Part shown: piece after piece, positions 47,349-56,682 of the stretch
Position numbering within the stretch: the stretch's first letter is position 1
Layout of the letters: every line of letters begins with the position of its first letter
Source: an uncultured bacterium
Lineage (GTDB): Bacteria > Zixibacteria > MSB-5A5 > UBA10806
Assembly: GCA_965541585.1 (NCBI GenBank)
Contig: CBEUCH010000004.1
Span: 135,871 to 199,870, forward strand
DNA length: 64,000 nucleotides
Reading direction: 5' to 3'
The notes under the pieces: generated by a model
The model's database searches: none
What the model saw: only the letters and a program-made list of their open reading frames with translations
Told to the model about the DNA's origin: nothing
Program-made: the position numbers and the translations under genes

Positions 47349-48113
47349 TTGGATTTGGGTGATTATTTGGCAAACCGGAAAGCACCTATACGCTTGGCGT
47401 GGCAAAATAAAGTAATCACAATAACGTTCCTATCAGCTGCAGCCATCATGCTTTTATGCTTGATAAGTGGTTGCACCGTCATCGGTCTTGCCATCGGCGC
47501 AAGTGCCGATCGGGAAAAACCCGATAAAAAGGATTACGCCATCTCAGAAATTGAACGTATTCAACCGGGAAAGGAAGTTACCGTTGTCCTTAATACGAAA
47601 GATATGATAAGCGGGGAATACGTACGGACGACCCGGATTACCGATCAGGAATACGATTCGATTTTTAGCGAATTTCGCGAAAAATCATACAACCTGTCTG
47701 GAATCCCGGCGCCGGGCGATACCATCACAATATTCGATCTGACGGGTAGACGATGGACGTTCGAGTTAATAGACTATAACTATGATTATTTAAGAGTCAA
47801 GCCCGCTGGAGAAACTGAGCCAATAGTGTTTTTAATCAGGAATATTGCCGAAATCACTGCCGGAAATGAAACCACGATTTCCGTGGAAGAACTGAAGATG
47901 ATGATCGCGGAAAAGAAAATACCGGTTATTCAGGCGATGGCCTTAAATATAAATGGCGATACAGTAGTTATAGCGGCGAGCAGGGTCGATCGCGTATTCA
48001 GCATTGATAAGAAAAATCGGATCTGGAAAGGCATGGCTATGGGGCTTGCTATCGATTTAGCCTTAGTGATCTGGTTCGTCACACAGCTTCCCCTCGATTT
48101 TGGTTTAAGGTAG
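47349..48113 (+). CDS. Hypothetical membrane-anchored/lipoprotein
   Basis: Internal 'ITFLSAAAIMLLCLISGC' is a signal/lipobox-like segment. No recognisable domain. Confidence 0.35.
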   Translation: MDLGDYLANRKAPIRLAWQNKVITITFLSAAAIMLLCLISGCTVIGLAIGASADREKPDKKDYAISEIERIQPGKEVTVVLNTKDMISGEYVRTTRITDQEYDSIFSEFREKSYNLSGIPAPGDTITIFDLTGRRWTFELIDYNYDYLRVKPAGETEPIVFLIRNIAEITAGNETTISVEELKMMIAEKKIPVIQAMALNINGDTVVIAASRVDRVFSIDKKNRIWKGMAMGLAIDLALVIWFVTQLPLDFGLR

Positions 48114-48264
48114 TCATCCCAAGGACGCCGGACTGAATATATTGGTGGCGACAAAACCCATAATATTAAGAATTACGAATTATAATACGTGGCGTTTTAA
48201 ATTTTGGCAGACGGTTGATCAGGATCACCAAAACCACGGGGTCTTGACTACAAAGATAGGGAAA

Positions 48265-49212
48265 TCACTCCGACCCCACGGCCTCGCGTTCGGGATGTGC
48301 TGTTTTTATGAGAGCTTCTACCTCCTCCAATTCCGGTATACCTCGTCGGCCGCCCAGCCGGGTGCATTTCAACGCCGCCGTTGCGGAGGCGAATTCCAGT
48401 ATCCGGGGAAGCTCCCATCCCTGAATCAGGCCATAGACATATGCGCCGTGGAAGACGTCGCCGGCGCCAGTAGTATCGACAACATTGACCTTGAAAGCCT
48501 CTTGCTGAAATAGCTCGCCATCGGACGTGGCGCCGATGCTGCCTCTGCGACCGGATGTTATGACAACCGATTTGAAGCCCATGTGAGCCAGTTTCAAGGC
48601 CGCTCTCCCGGGATCAACTTCCTGGGTGAAATCCAGTGAAAATCGGTTTGACACCACCAGGTGGTCGACATAGGGGAGAATATCGCCGATATTTTTCCTC
48701 GGAGAACCGGCGTCCAGAATCACCTCACCGCCCGTTTTTCTCGCCAGCAGAGCGGCGGTTAATGACGTCTCCGGTTCGCGGCCATCGATGAGCAAAAATT
48801 TCGCTCTTTGAATAACGGCGGCATTCAACTCGTCCGGTGATAGAGCCGATGTTTCGGTTCTATCGAGTATCACCGTTCTTTTGCCGCTCTCTTTTTCCAC
48901 AATGACGAAGGCCCGGGGTGTTCGCGAATCGGGGTCTAAGAATAAATACCGGACATTGACCCCAAACCGACGCAACTCGTCGCGAAGCAATTTGCCATCG
49001 CCATCTTTGCCGCTCTTACCGAGAAATGCGCTACCAATTCCGAATTTCGCGAGCGTGCACAAAGCCGTCGGTACAGGCCCTCCTCCCTGTCGAGAAAAGG
49101 AGATGGCGTCAATCTTGTCGTCAAGACGGGGATAACTATCCACCACAAAGGTGTAATCCAGCGCGCAAAGCCCCAGACCGACACATTCGATTCTATTTGA
49201 TCTTGACCTGGC
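48265..49212 (-). CDS. PfkB-family carbohydrate kinase (ribokinase-like)
   Basis: 'DTTGAGDVFHGAYVYG' is the PfkB motif 2. An N-terminal GG motif is present. The track start at 49278 overlaps YigZ by 85 nt. The internal Met at ~49212 ('MARSRSNRIECVGLG') is more likely the start. Confidence 0.7.
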   Translation of the reverse strand, partial: ARSRSNRIECVGLGLCALDYTFVVDSYPRLDDKIDAISFSRQGGGPVPTALCTLAKFGIGSAFLGKSGKDGDGKLLRDELRRFGVNVRYLFLDPDSRTPRAFVIVEKESGKRTVILDRTETSALSPDELNAAVIQRAKFLLIDGREPETSLTAALLARKTGGEVILDAGSPRKNIGDILPYVDHLVVSNRFSLDFTQEVDPGRAALKLAHMGFKSVVITSGRRGSIGATSDGELFQQEAFKVNVVDTTGAGDVFHGAYVYGLIQGWELPRILEFASATAALKCTRLGGRRGIPELEEVEALIKTAHPEREAVGSE

Positions 49213-49810
49213 CATTGGTAGCTTCCGTAATTTTGGCCTTGAAGGCGGCCATTTTCGATGCCCTGACTTCCACGTCAAAGGTTACTTTTTCACCATAATG
49301 AGAATCCTTCAATTCCGCCGAGTAGCTGCTTATGATACTATGAGCGACATTGACAAAATCGAAATCGACTGAAAAAGCAATTTTGTCGGTCAAATATTTC
49401 TTTTCGGATTCACACGATTTCAAAAGCTCGTATGAAACCCTCCCGTAGGCACGCATCAACCCGCCGGTACCGAGCTTGGTGCCGCCAAAATACCTGGCTA
49501 CCACCACGCAGGCATTCGAAACATTGGTGGAGTTAATAGACTTGAGTATGGGCTGACCGGCGGTTCCCGACGGTTCCCCACCGTCGTTGTAACGGTATTT
49601 TTGTCTTCGTCCCAATCCTAATTTCCAGGCGAAACAATTGTGGGTGGCATCATGAAACTCTTTCTTGATCTCCTCTATGAACGTCCGTGCATCTTTCTCG
49701 GTCTCGACCGGTGTAGCGCTGGCGATAAATTTGCTGCCCTTGATCTTTTCCTCCGACCGGCATCTCCCCTTTAACTGTACGAACTGGTCGGTACTCGATC
49801 TACGATTCAT
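49193..49810 (-). CDS. YigZ/IMPACT-family protein (UPF0029)
   Basis: 'IKGSKFIA.A.PV...', 'HNCFAW' and 'DDGEPSGTAGQPIL' are signature motifs. Confidence 0.8.
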   Translation of the reverse strand: MNRRSSTDQFVQLKGRCRSEEKIKGSKFIASATPVETEKDARTFIEEIKKEFHDATHNCFAWKLGLGRRQKYRYNDGGEPSGTAGQPILKSINSTNVSNACVVVARYFGGTKLGTGGLMRAYGRVSYELLKSCESEKKYLTDKIAFSVDFDFVNVAHSIISSYSAELKDSHYGEKVTFDVEVRASKMAAFKAKITEATNGQVKIK

Positions 49811-50054
49811 CCTGATCCCCTCGCGAGAATTGGTCGGCCAGCCGAACGACTCTGCTCTTATAAATCAATTTGAAAAGATCGACATTTTCGGGCTCCTCAT
49901 CGGCGTATTCAGCTTCGACCTGCTCATATAATCTCAAAGCCCGCTCGGCCGTCATACCGCTGGTCATTATTTTCCGGCATAAGTCGTCGATCTTCGCTCT
50001 GGCATCCAGATAACAGTCGCTGTATCCTCTTTTACCGGACATTGAAAGACTCAT
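49800..50054 (-). CDS. Small hypothetical protein (84 aa)
   Basis: An ORF in the operon-like gap between dprA and yigZ. No recognisable motif. Acidic C-terminus. Confidence 0.3.
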   Translation of the reverse strand: MSLSMSGKRGYSDCYLDARAKIDDLCRKIMTSGMTAERALRLYEQVEAEYADEEPENVDLFKLIYKSRVVRLADQFSRGDQDES

Positions 50055-50060
50055 GACAAC

Positions 50061-50948
50061 TTAGACCATGTATTCCATAATTTCGTCAACCGAGTCCACA
50101 TCTTTAATTATTGGTCCGGGCGAATCCTTTATTGCATCAAATTTCAGGTCGCCTTCCGGGTCGCAATAGAAAAGCGGTTTTGCCTGTTTCAAAGCGTAAG
50201 CTGCTGTTCTCAATTCGCCTTTCGTTTCCTTACCAACCTGGACGACAACAACTGCTCTGGAAAAAGCGGAGATCAATCGATTTCTGAGAACCAATCCGGA
50301 CTTGCTCACCTTCTTAAAAGGCTGGTATTCCGAGATCAGAATGCCGGATTTGGCGATCAGTTCAGCTAAGGATTTGTTTTCCGCCGGGTATATATCGAGA
50401 AAGCCGCATCCCAGGACGGCTATGCTTAGCCCCTGTTCCTTTAAGGCTCCCAGATGGGCTGCGCTGTCTATTCCGGCGGCAAGACCTGATACTATGCCGA
50501 AATCCCTTCTGATAAACTCCCTGGTAAGATCGACAGTCAGTCGAAGCCCTGCCTGGGTGGCCCTGGTGGTGCCGACAAGCGCCACGTATTTATGCGAGAA
50601 GGCATCGCGGTTGCCCATATAATAGATCAGGGGCGGCGGATCGTCTATCTCCCGTAGCATTTGAGGATAGTCGTCGTCGAGAAATGAAGCTACGTGGATA
50701 TCGTTGGCCGTATAATCATAAAGTTTTTCGGTGAACAAATCGACACTATCCAGAGAGCGGAGCAGACGGTCGATTCCCTCCTCCCCGAGACGGGGAATAC
50801 CGTCGAAATCGGAATGAGCGGCGTACAAAAGATCCTCCGGCGGGCCCACACGCATCAGGAGATGCTGAAACATCCTGGCGCCGATACCGCCCTCCTCGGT
50901 AATCGCCATGATGATCGATTTTCTTTCAATGGTAATATCGTTTGGCAA
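50061..50948 (-). CDS. dprA: DNA processing protein DprA (Smf)
   Basis: Rossmann-like DprA core 'VALVGTTRATQAGLRLTVDLTREFIRRDFGIVSGLAAGIDSAAHLGALK...VLGCGFLDIYP'. Confidence 0.85.
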   Translation of the reverse strand: MPNDITIERKSIIMAITEEGGIGARMFQHLLMRVGPPEDLLYAAHSDFDGIPRLGEEGIDRLLRSLDSVDLFTEKLYDYTANDIHVASFLDDDYPQMLREIDDPPPLIYYMGNRDAFSHKYVALVGTTRATQAGLRLTVDLTREFIRRDFGIVSGLAAGIDSAAHLGALKEQGLSIAVLGCGFLDIYPAENKSLAELIAKSGILISEYQPFKKVSKSGLVLRNRLISAFSRAVVVVQVGKETKGELRTAAYALKQAKPLFYCDPEGDLKFDAIKDSPGPIIKDVDSVDEIMEYMV

Positions 50949-50971
50949 TCCAGGCTCCTACTATATATAAC

Positions 50972-51760
50972 CTATCTTCCCGTAGAAAAGGTCCAGACAT
51001 GCTTCCTCGATGGATTCCCGGCAAGATCCTTAAAACCCTTGGAATCCTCGCCATTGACATGAAACTCATACGTGATATTCGGATAGAGGTGCAGGTTGAT
51101 TGTGAAAATATTCGATTCCTCATCATAAAGTATATCGCCGTACTGCGTCCACATATCCTCGGGCGTACCGGATATCGAAGAGGTCGCCGGATTCATCGGC
51201 TCCGAAAACTCTATAATCATTTTCACATATTGGCCGACCCGGGCTTCACCATTTTCAGGCTTAACGGAAACCACATGCGGCGGAATTTTATCCGGCAACA
51301 AAATTAGTCGTGCCATTTCAGGTATAACGGTATAGATATCTTTTAGATCGCCGCAAACAATAGGATCAAATAGTATCGGTTCGGCCTCAGCGGACTCCAG
51401 AAACCTTAACTCCACCGTGAATATCCCCCTGGACGAAAATATATGCCCGTAGACCGCGCCGGAGGCCCCCAGCGAGGGCATCAAAGATTTGAGATTGTCG
51501 ATAGTGTAGTTAAGATCCGACTCGTATAAGCCCTTTTGCGTCAATAACTTTTCAAACAGATTTCTGGATACCAGGGAGCCGCCTTGTTTTTTCACATGTG
51601 ACCTGAGAGAATCGCCGAAGACGCTCGATCTTCCGGCGGCCTCACCATGGCAATCGAAGTTTAGAACGAGATATCTGGCATCATCCCCGCCATATGAATC
51701 CGCCTCGAACATAAGGCTAAAGACGCATGCGGCAAGCATACATGAGAATATCCATTTCAT
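50972..51760 (-). CDS. Hypothetical secreted protein with C-terminal Ig-like (SbsA-type) region
   Basis: Signal peptide 'MKWIFSCMLAACVFSLMFEA'. 'VVSVKPENGEARVGQYVKMIIEFSEPMNPAT' resembles Big/SbsA Ig-like domains. Confidence 0.4.
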   Translation of the reverse strand: MKWIFSCMLAACVFSLMFEADSYGGDDARYLVLNFDCHGEAAGRSSVFGDSLRSHVKKQGGSLVSRNLFEKLLTQKGLYESDLNYTIDNLKSLMPSLGASGAVYGHIFSSRGIFTVELRFLESAEAEPILFDPIVCGDLKDIYTVIPEMARLILLPDKIPPHVVSVKPENGEARVGQYVKMIIEFSEPMNPATSSISGTPEDMWTQYGDILYDEESNIFTINLHLYPNITYEFHVNGEDSKGFKDLAGNPSRKHVWTFSTGR

Positions 51761-51791
51761 GATGGCAATATATCTCTGCAGCAGGTAAATG

Positions 51792-53144
51792 TCAATCGAG
51801 CCGGGCCAGGAGTCTTTCAGGCTGCCAGCCTATGAAATAAGGCAAGTATTCCGCCACTGTCAGGCTGAACTTTTCTTTGTATTTTTCTCTAACCGGCATA
51901 GCGGCAGGGACCGTCATTTTCAGGGGGTTATTATATTTGCCGTTTTTTCTAACGCGATAACACAGATGAGGGCCGGTGCTCAGGCCCGTATTCCCCACGT
52001 ACCCGATAACCTGCCCCTGCACCACATGCCTTCCCCGGGCCACTCCCTTGCCGAAATTATTAAGGTGGCCGTAGCAGGTCACGAAGCCGTGAGAGTGTTG
52101 AATCTCAAAGTAATTTCCAAACCCCCTCTTTTTACCCTTGAATATAACATAGCCATCGCCGGCGGCTACCACGGGGGTTCCAACCGCCGCCGCGTAGTCT
52201 ACACCGAGATGAGGGCGATAAATCTTACGGATCGGATGAAGCCTCCGGTAGGAAAACTTCGATGACACTCTCCTGTAGTTCAAAGGCGATTTCAAGAGGG
52301 TCTTTCTCAGCGAATACCCGTTTTCATCATAGTAATCGCGTCGGCCATCCGGATCCGTAAAGAGAAATGCCCTGTGAATTTCACCATCTAATATGTATTC
52401 TGCGGCCAGGATATTACCCGTCTTAACAAATGCCCCATCCTTTTCGTAAACCTCAAATACAACTTTGAACTTATTACCAATTCTCGGTTCTGTGAGAAAA
52501 TCGATCTCCCAGCCGAATATGTCGGCCAGGGAAAAAAAGATTTCCATGTCGGGTAATTGAGGCATCAGAGCGTCCCACAACGTGGACTCTATCTCGCCCT
52601 CTATGATTCTTACGGATCGCTCGAGACCGACCTCATATATTGTTTCGAGATAGCGGTCGCCATCGCGGTCCAACCGATATCGCTTCCAATCATCCGTGGT
52701 ATATTCCAGGGCCACGATATTGTCATCAGGACCCATGAATAGCTTGAATCTATCGCCGGGCTGTGAACGGGTCAGGTTAAACATCTTTGAGAAACGCGAG
52801 GTTATCTCCGCCACCAGAGGATGAGATATTTCCTGATTGAGAAGCTCGGCGTAAAGGCTTGAGTTTTTCTTAATTATGCCGGCGTAAATCGCATCGATAT
52901 CCAGGATTTCCACCGGCTCCGGATCAGGCTCGGTCGATGCCGAAGTATCCAACGTGGCCGGCGTCCTGTTCGTATGAAATAAAACTGCGGCAAAAACGAA
53001 AACCAGCCCCATAACTGCTATGGGGACTATTTTCGACCGGAGATACTCTGAAGTCTTTGTTTTACTATTGATTATCCTCAATATCAATCCTCGCCGAAGA
53101 TCTCCGCCTGGAAGACGTACAATTCGGTCTGTTCGCTTTTCCAC
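51792..53144 (-). CDS. M23-family metallopeptidase (LytM domain)
   Basis: 'HLGVDYAAAVGTPVVAAGDG', 'GNYFEIQHSHGFVTCYGHL' and 'GYVGNTGLSTGPHLCY' are the HxxxD / HxH zinc motifs. An N-terminal TM anchor is present. The start overlaps the upstream ORF by 60 nt, so the true start may be internal. Confidence 0.8.
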   Translation of the reverse strand: MEKRTDRIVRLPGGDLRRGLILRIINSKTKTSEYLRSKIVPIAVMGLVFVFAAVLFHTNRTPATLDTSASTEPDPEPVEILDIDAIYAGIIKKNSSLYAELLNQEISHPLVAEITSRFSKMFNLTRSQPGDRFKLFMGPDDNIVALEYTTDDWKRYRLDRDGDRYLETIYEVGLERSVRIIEGEIESTLWDALMPQLPDMEIFFSLADIFGWEIDFLTEPRIGNKFKVVFEVYEKDGAFVKTGNILAAEYILDGEIHRAFLFTDPDGRRDYYDENGYSLRKTLLKSPLNYRRVSSKFSYRRLHPIRKIYRPHLGVDYAAAVGTPVVAAGDGYVIFKGKKRGFGNYFEIQHSHGFVTCYGHLNNFGKGVARGRHVVQGQVIGYVGNTGLSTGPHLCYRVRKNGKYNNPLKMTVPAAMPVREKYKEKFSLTVAEYLPYFIGWQPERLLARLD

Positions 53145-54661
53145 GAGTCGCTGGGCAGCCCAGCCTTACGGCATGTCTGCTGGAGAAACTCGATCCGATC
53201 CCAACCATATCCAACCGGTACCTGGGGCAATAACACCCCTGAGTAGATTCCCTGCCTGATGTAGAGGCCATCCTTGCCAACCTCCACCAATTCAGGATCA
53301 TATATCCTTTTCATCGGCGTCAGCACGGAAATCTCAATATCGAGGAGATCCAGCTCCTCTTTTTCCAGTGGCGAGAACCGGGGATCGGAGAAGGCCGCTT
53401 CCAAGGCCATTCTGGCGATAGTCTGATATAAAGGCTCGGCCGCCCTGAATGTGCCGATACATCCCCTCAGCCTGCCTTGCTTGTTGAGAGTGACAAAGGC
53501 TCCTAATTCCGCGTCAAGGGCGGCAGACTTATTTTCGAAAGAAGGCATCTCTTCACCGCTTAAGCGGGCGGCAATGGCCCGGCGCACTATGGTGAGAAGC
53601 GTCTTCTTATCCTCCGCAGAAAGACCGAACTCTGCACCGGTGGCCGGATTATCGTGAACAGCACCGCTCGATTGATCGGATTTCGCCGGTTCCTGTTCGT
53701 TTTCAGTATCCAACTCGTAGGTCCCGGATTCCCCGGACTTGTAGATGATCGCTGAGAGGTAGCCGACAACGTTCGATCTATCGCCGATGACATCACCCGA
53801 GTCACCGTATCCGGTTGTTGCCACCGAATTAGCGCCGAGCTTTTCGGCGGCTATCATAGCGGCTATTATGGGGCCGCCGCCGCAGGCCTCGGTTTTGCGC
53901 TTCGCCAAATCCTCAGCCAGGCCGCTATAATCGTAGTTTTCCAGCCTGTCTATGACTATGGAATCCAGCTTTTTGGCGGTCTGGGAATCGTGAAAATGCG
54001 AAAGATCAGTCGAGGCTACTATCAGGATATCATCATTACCCTTGATTGCATCCGCAATGGCGTTCCCTAATGCTTCGCAGGTTTCGTAATTCTGATCCCC
54101 CATCATGAGAGCCACTAAGGAGAAATCGCCGAGTGTGGTCTGTAAAAATGGCAGTTGCACTTCCAATGCATGCTCCGAGCGGCCGCCGGCGACTATATGT
54201 CCGGTATTGGAAAAACTTATCATATCGCTGGCCGAGGCTATCTTTTCTGTAAGCTCCCGGTCTATCCGAATCTCACCAAGTGGCGTTGAGTATGCTTTGC
54301 CGTCGAAAGCCGTAACCCCGCCGAAACGAGCCATGTGCGACGGCGATATGACTATCACCTTGGCGAATGATTCGCCCTCCAGTATCTTGTATCCCTTAGC
54401 CGCAATACCCCCGGAATAGATATACCCCGCATGGGGGGATACTATGGCCACCGGCCGTCCTGCTATTTCGGGTTTCGACGCCTCGTGGAATTGCTTAGCT
54501 ATCATCTTGGCCAGTTCCGATGGCGAACCGGGATAAAAAGCTCCCGCCACCGCCGGAGGCCGGACATAGGCCGAATCTGAACCGCTCATATCATCACCTA
54601 CTGCAATTTGCCACCGGAGCACAGCTGATATGCATAATGCTATGGCGGCTATTCTCATCAT
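53084..54661 (-). CDS. Fusion of Memo-family protein (AmmeMemoRadiSam system protein B) and AMMECR1 domain (system protein A), with N-terminal signal-peptide-like segment
   Basis: N-terminal half 'AGAFYPG...VSPHAGYIYSGGIAA...QLPFLQ...STDLSHFH...EACGGGPI' is the Memo/MEMO1 signature. C-terminal half '...GAFVTLNKQGRLRGCIGTF...LLDIEISVLT...LPQV' is AMMECR1. N-terminus 'MMRIAAIALCISAVLRWQIAVG' is hydrophobic. Confidence 0.75.
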   Translation of the reverse strand: MMRIAAIALCISAVLRWQIAVGDDMSGSDSAYVRPPAVAGAFYPGSPSELAKMIAKQFHEASKPEIAGRPVAIVSPHAGYIYSGGIAAKGYKILEGESFAKVIVISPSHMARFGGVTAFDGKAYSTPLGEIRIDRELTEKIASASDMISFSNTGHIVAGGRSEHALEVQLPFLQTTLGDFSLVALMMGDQNYETCEALGNAIADAIKGNDDILIVASTDLSHFHDSQTAKKLDSIVIDRLENYDYSGLAEDLAKRKTEACGGGPIIAAMIAAEKLGANSVATTGYGDSGDVIGDRSNVVGYLSAIIYKSGESGTYELDTENEQEPAKSDQSSGAVHDNPATGAEFGLSAEDKKTLLTIVRRAIAARLSGEEMPSFENKSAALDAELGAFVTLNKQGRLRGCIGTFRAAEPLYQTIARMALEAAFSDPRFSPLEKEELDLLDIEISVLTPMKRIYDPELVEVGKDGLYIRQGIYSGVLLPQVPVGYGWDRIEFLQQTCRKAGLPSDSWKSEQTELYVFQAEIFGED

Positions 54662-54829
54662 TGTTCGCTCCCTGATCGATATTAGTGTCGATAATCGGCA
54701 GTGTCAAGGATTAAAGACTTTTCAGCTGTTTTTATATCGGCTGAATGCCGGCGGTTTGCAACGGAAATTGGTTGACAAATAGCCAAAATAAAGTAGCTTG
54801 ATAGTAGAACATATACAACATTATCTGTT

Positions 54830-56347
54830 TTGACCCCCGGTACCGGGAGGTTTATCGGTCTTTTGCAGATGATAAAAAAGCTGACATTCATAATCGCGGC
54901 AATGCTTTTCGCTTCCGCTCATGCCCAGTGGACCGAGCCGGTAAGGATTTCTCATGGGCTTGGATTATTGGGACCTCAGGCTGTAGCCGTTGGGGATACG
55001 CTACACGTTGTGGCCAGCGGGACGACAGACATCTATTATTTAAAATCGTCGGATAATGGGCAAACCTGGACAGATCCGACTATTCCGATACCCGATTCAT
55101 TTTATGGCTCTCAAATGCCTTATATTTCTTATTCTAACGGCTATCTTCATCTAATTTGGAAAGCATATTTCGACGGGTCAAGAAACCAAATCTGTCATAT
55201 GAAAAGCTCTGACGGCGGTGTTTCCTGGAGTCAACCTCGACGGTTATTCGATAACGAGAGTAGTTTTTTAAAATATCCACGTATTGCCATAAAAGGAGAC
55301 TCACTATTTGCGAGTTGTGTCATTTCATCAAAACTATTGACCTTTGCGAGCTTCGATAACGGTGAAACCTGGGAGGATTCTGTTGAGGTAGAAAATGGCC
55401 CGGTATCTTTCGACCATCCTCCCTGTATCCTATACTCGCAAGGCAGGAATCACCTCGTTTATCAGGTCGATGAAAGTTTTGACACTCTGGGGATCGAGAT
55501 ATGCTACAGATACAGCGACGATTATGGACAAACCTGGTCGGATAGACAATATTTATCGACACCGGAACATCATAACCAGGGTAAGGACGCGCAAGGTCCG
55601 TCTGCCTACGCCGATTCGGCAGGGAATATAATGGCTTTGTGGTTTGACTATGAGTACGGGAGCGAGTGCGGGGTTACGGGTGATATTCTCGGAAGGATAA
55701 GCCGGGATAATGGTGAGACTTGGCTGCCCGTTACCAGACTTACGTACACGCAAACGGGATCGCGATCAACTTGTTTGGTATTAAACAATAGGCTCTATGC
55801 TATTTGGCAGGACGATTATTGGCTCGGTTGTATGGACCATAAACTAACTTATTCAGAATCTGTCGATTGGGGAGTTGGATGGAGTGATCCTGAGATAATC
55901 TCGGGACCTATGGAGCTGGATGAGTATGAGCCTTTTCTTCTATATAATGAAAGCCTCGGCGATATGATTCTTCATTGTGTCTACAGGAGAAAATTGCAGG
56001 AGGGTAACCGCGATTTGTATTACATCAGAAGCCAGGAATTCACCGAGATCAGAGGAGAAACCGGCACCCTATTACCTGAAAATCTAATTCTACGTACTTA
56101 TCCCAATCCATTCAATTCAACTGTGACAATTGACTACAAAAACCAAGAGGGAGGTGATATTGAAATCGAGATATACAATCTACTCGGGCAGAGAATCAAT
56201 TCGTTCACAACCGAGGGGGCAAAGGAGGGAAGAATAGTATGGGACGCCCGGAATGCCCTGGGAAATAGAGTCTCATCGGGGATCTATTTCGCCAGGGCAA
56301 GAGCCTCTCGGAATTCCAGCATCATAAAACTATTATATTTGAAGTAA
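54830..56347 (+). CDS. BNR/Asp-box repeat (sialidase-like beta-propeller) protein with T9SS C-terminal sorting domain
   Basis: Signal peptide. Five S-x-D-x-G-x-T-W Asp-boxes (SSDNGQTW, SSDGGVSW, SFDNGETW, SDDYGQTW, SRDNGETW). C-terminus 'YPNPFNSTVTIDY...GIYFARARA...' is the Por secretion tail. Confidence 0.7.
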   Translation: MTPGTGRFIGLLQMIKKLTFIIAAMLFASAHAQWTEPVRISHGLGLLGPQAVAVGDTLHVVASGTTDIYYLKSSDNGQTWTDPTIPIPDSFYGSQMPYISYSNGYLHLIWKAYFDGSRNQICHMKSSDGGVSWSQPRRLFDNESSFLKYPRIAIKGDSLFASCVISSKLLTFASFDNGETWEDSVEVENGPVSFDHPPCILYSQGRNHLVYQVDESFDTLGIEICYRYSDDYGQTWSDRQYLSTPEHHNQGKDAQGPSAYADSAGNIMALWFDYEYGSECGVTGDILGRISRDNGETWLPVTRLTYTQTGSRSTCLVLNNRLYAIWQDDYWLGCMDHKLTYSESVDWGVGWSDPEIISGPMELDEYEPFLLYNESLGDMILHCVYRRKLQEGNRDLYYIRSQEFTEIRGETGTLLPENLILRTYPNPFNSTVTIDYKNQEGGDIEIEIYNLLGQRINSFTTEGAKEGRIVWDARNALGNRVSSGIYFARARASRNSSIIKLLYLK

Positions 56348-56682
56348 TAATAATCATGTTTGTAGGGGCGAGGTTACCTCGCCCCTACTGAATAGGCGGT
56401 CATAACGAGTTATGACACGCAGGTAAATGGAAACTCGATCTTATCGAAAACCATAATCCGGATTGGAACGATTTATACTACGAGTTGCTGTGATTCTGGA
56501 TTCCCGATCGGGGTCGGGAATGACAATATTCTGGAATTGTCCGTGGCGCTAAAAGTAGGCCAAATCCCCCGGGATTTGACTAATTACCAATCAATATCCG
56601 GGGAATCCAGATCCGCTTTACCATGCTGTTATCACAATTACCGATTTACATCCGCTCATCAATCTGATATTTTCATAGGGTC
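56348..56682. repeat. Repeat/palindrome-rich intergenic region containing the inverted copy of the 30-bp core seen at 14619-14648
   Basis: Perfect 13/13 palindrome 'gtaggggcgaggt-t-acctcgcccctac' (56362-56388). Palindrome 'gtcataacgagttatgac' (~56408). Core 'ctggattcccgatcggggtcgggaatgaca' (56496-56525). Palindrome 'aaatcccccgggattt'. A 'ccggggaatccag' half-site near 56590. Confidence 0.45.
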
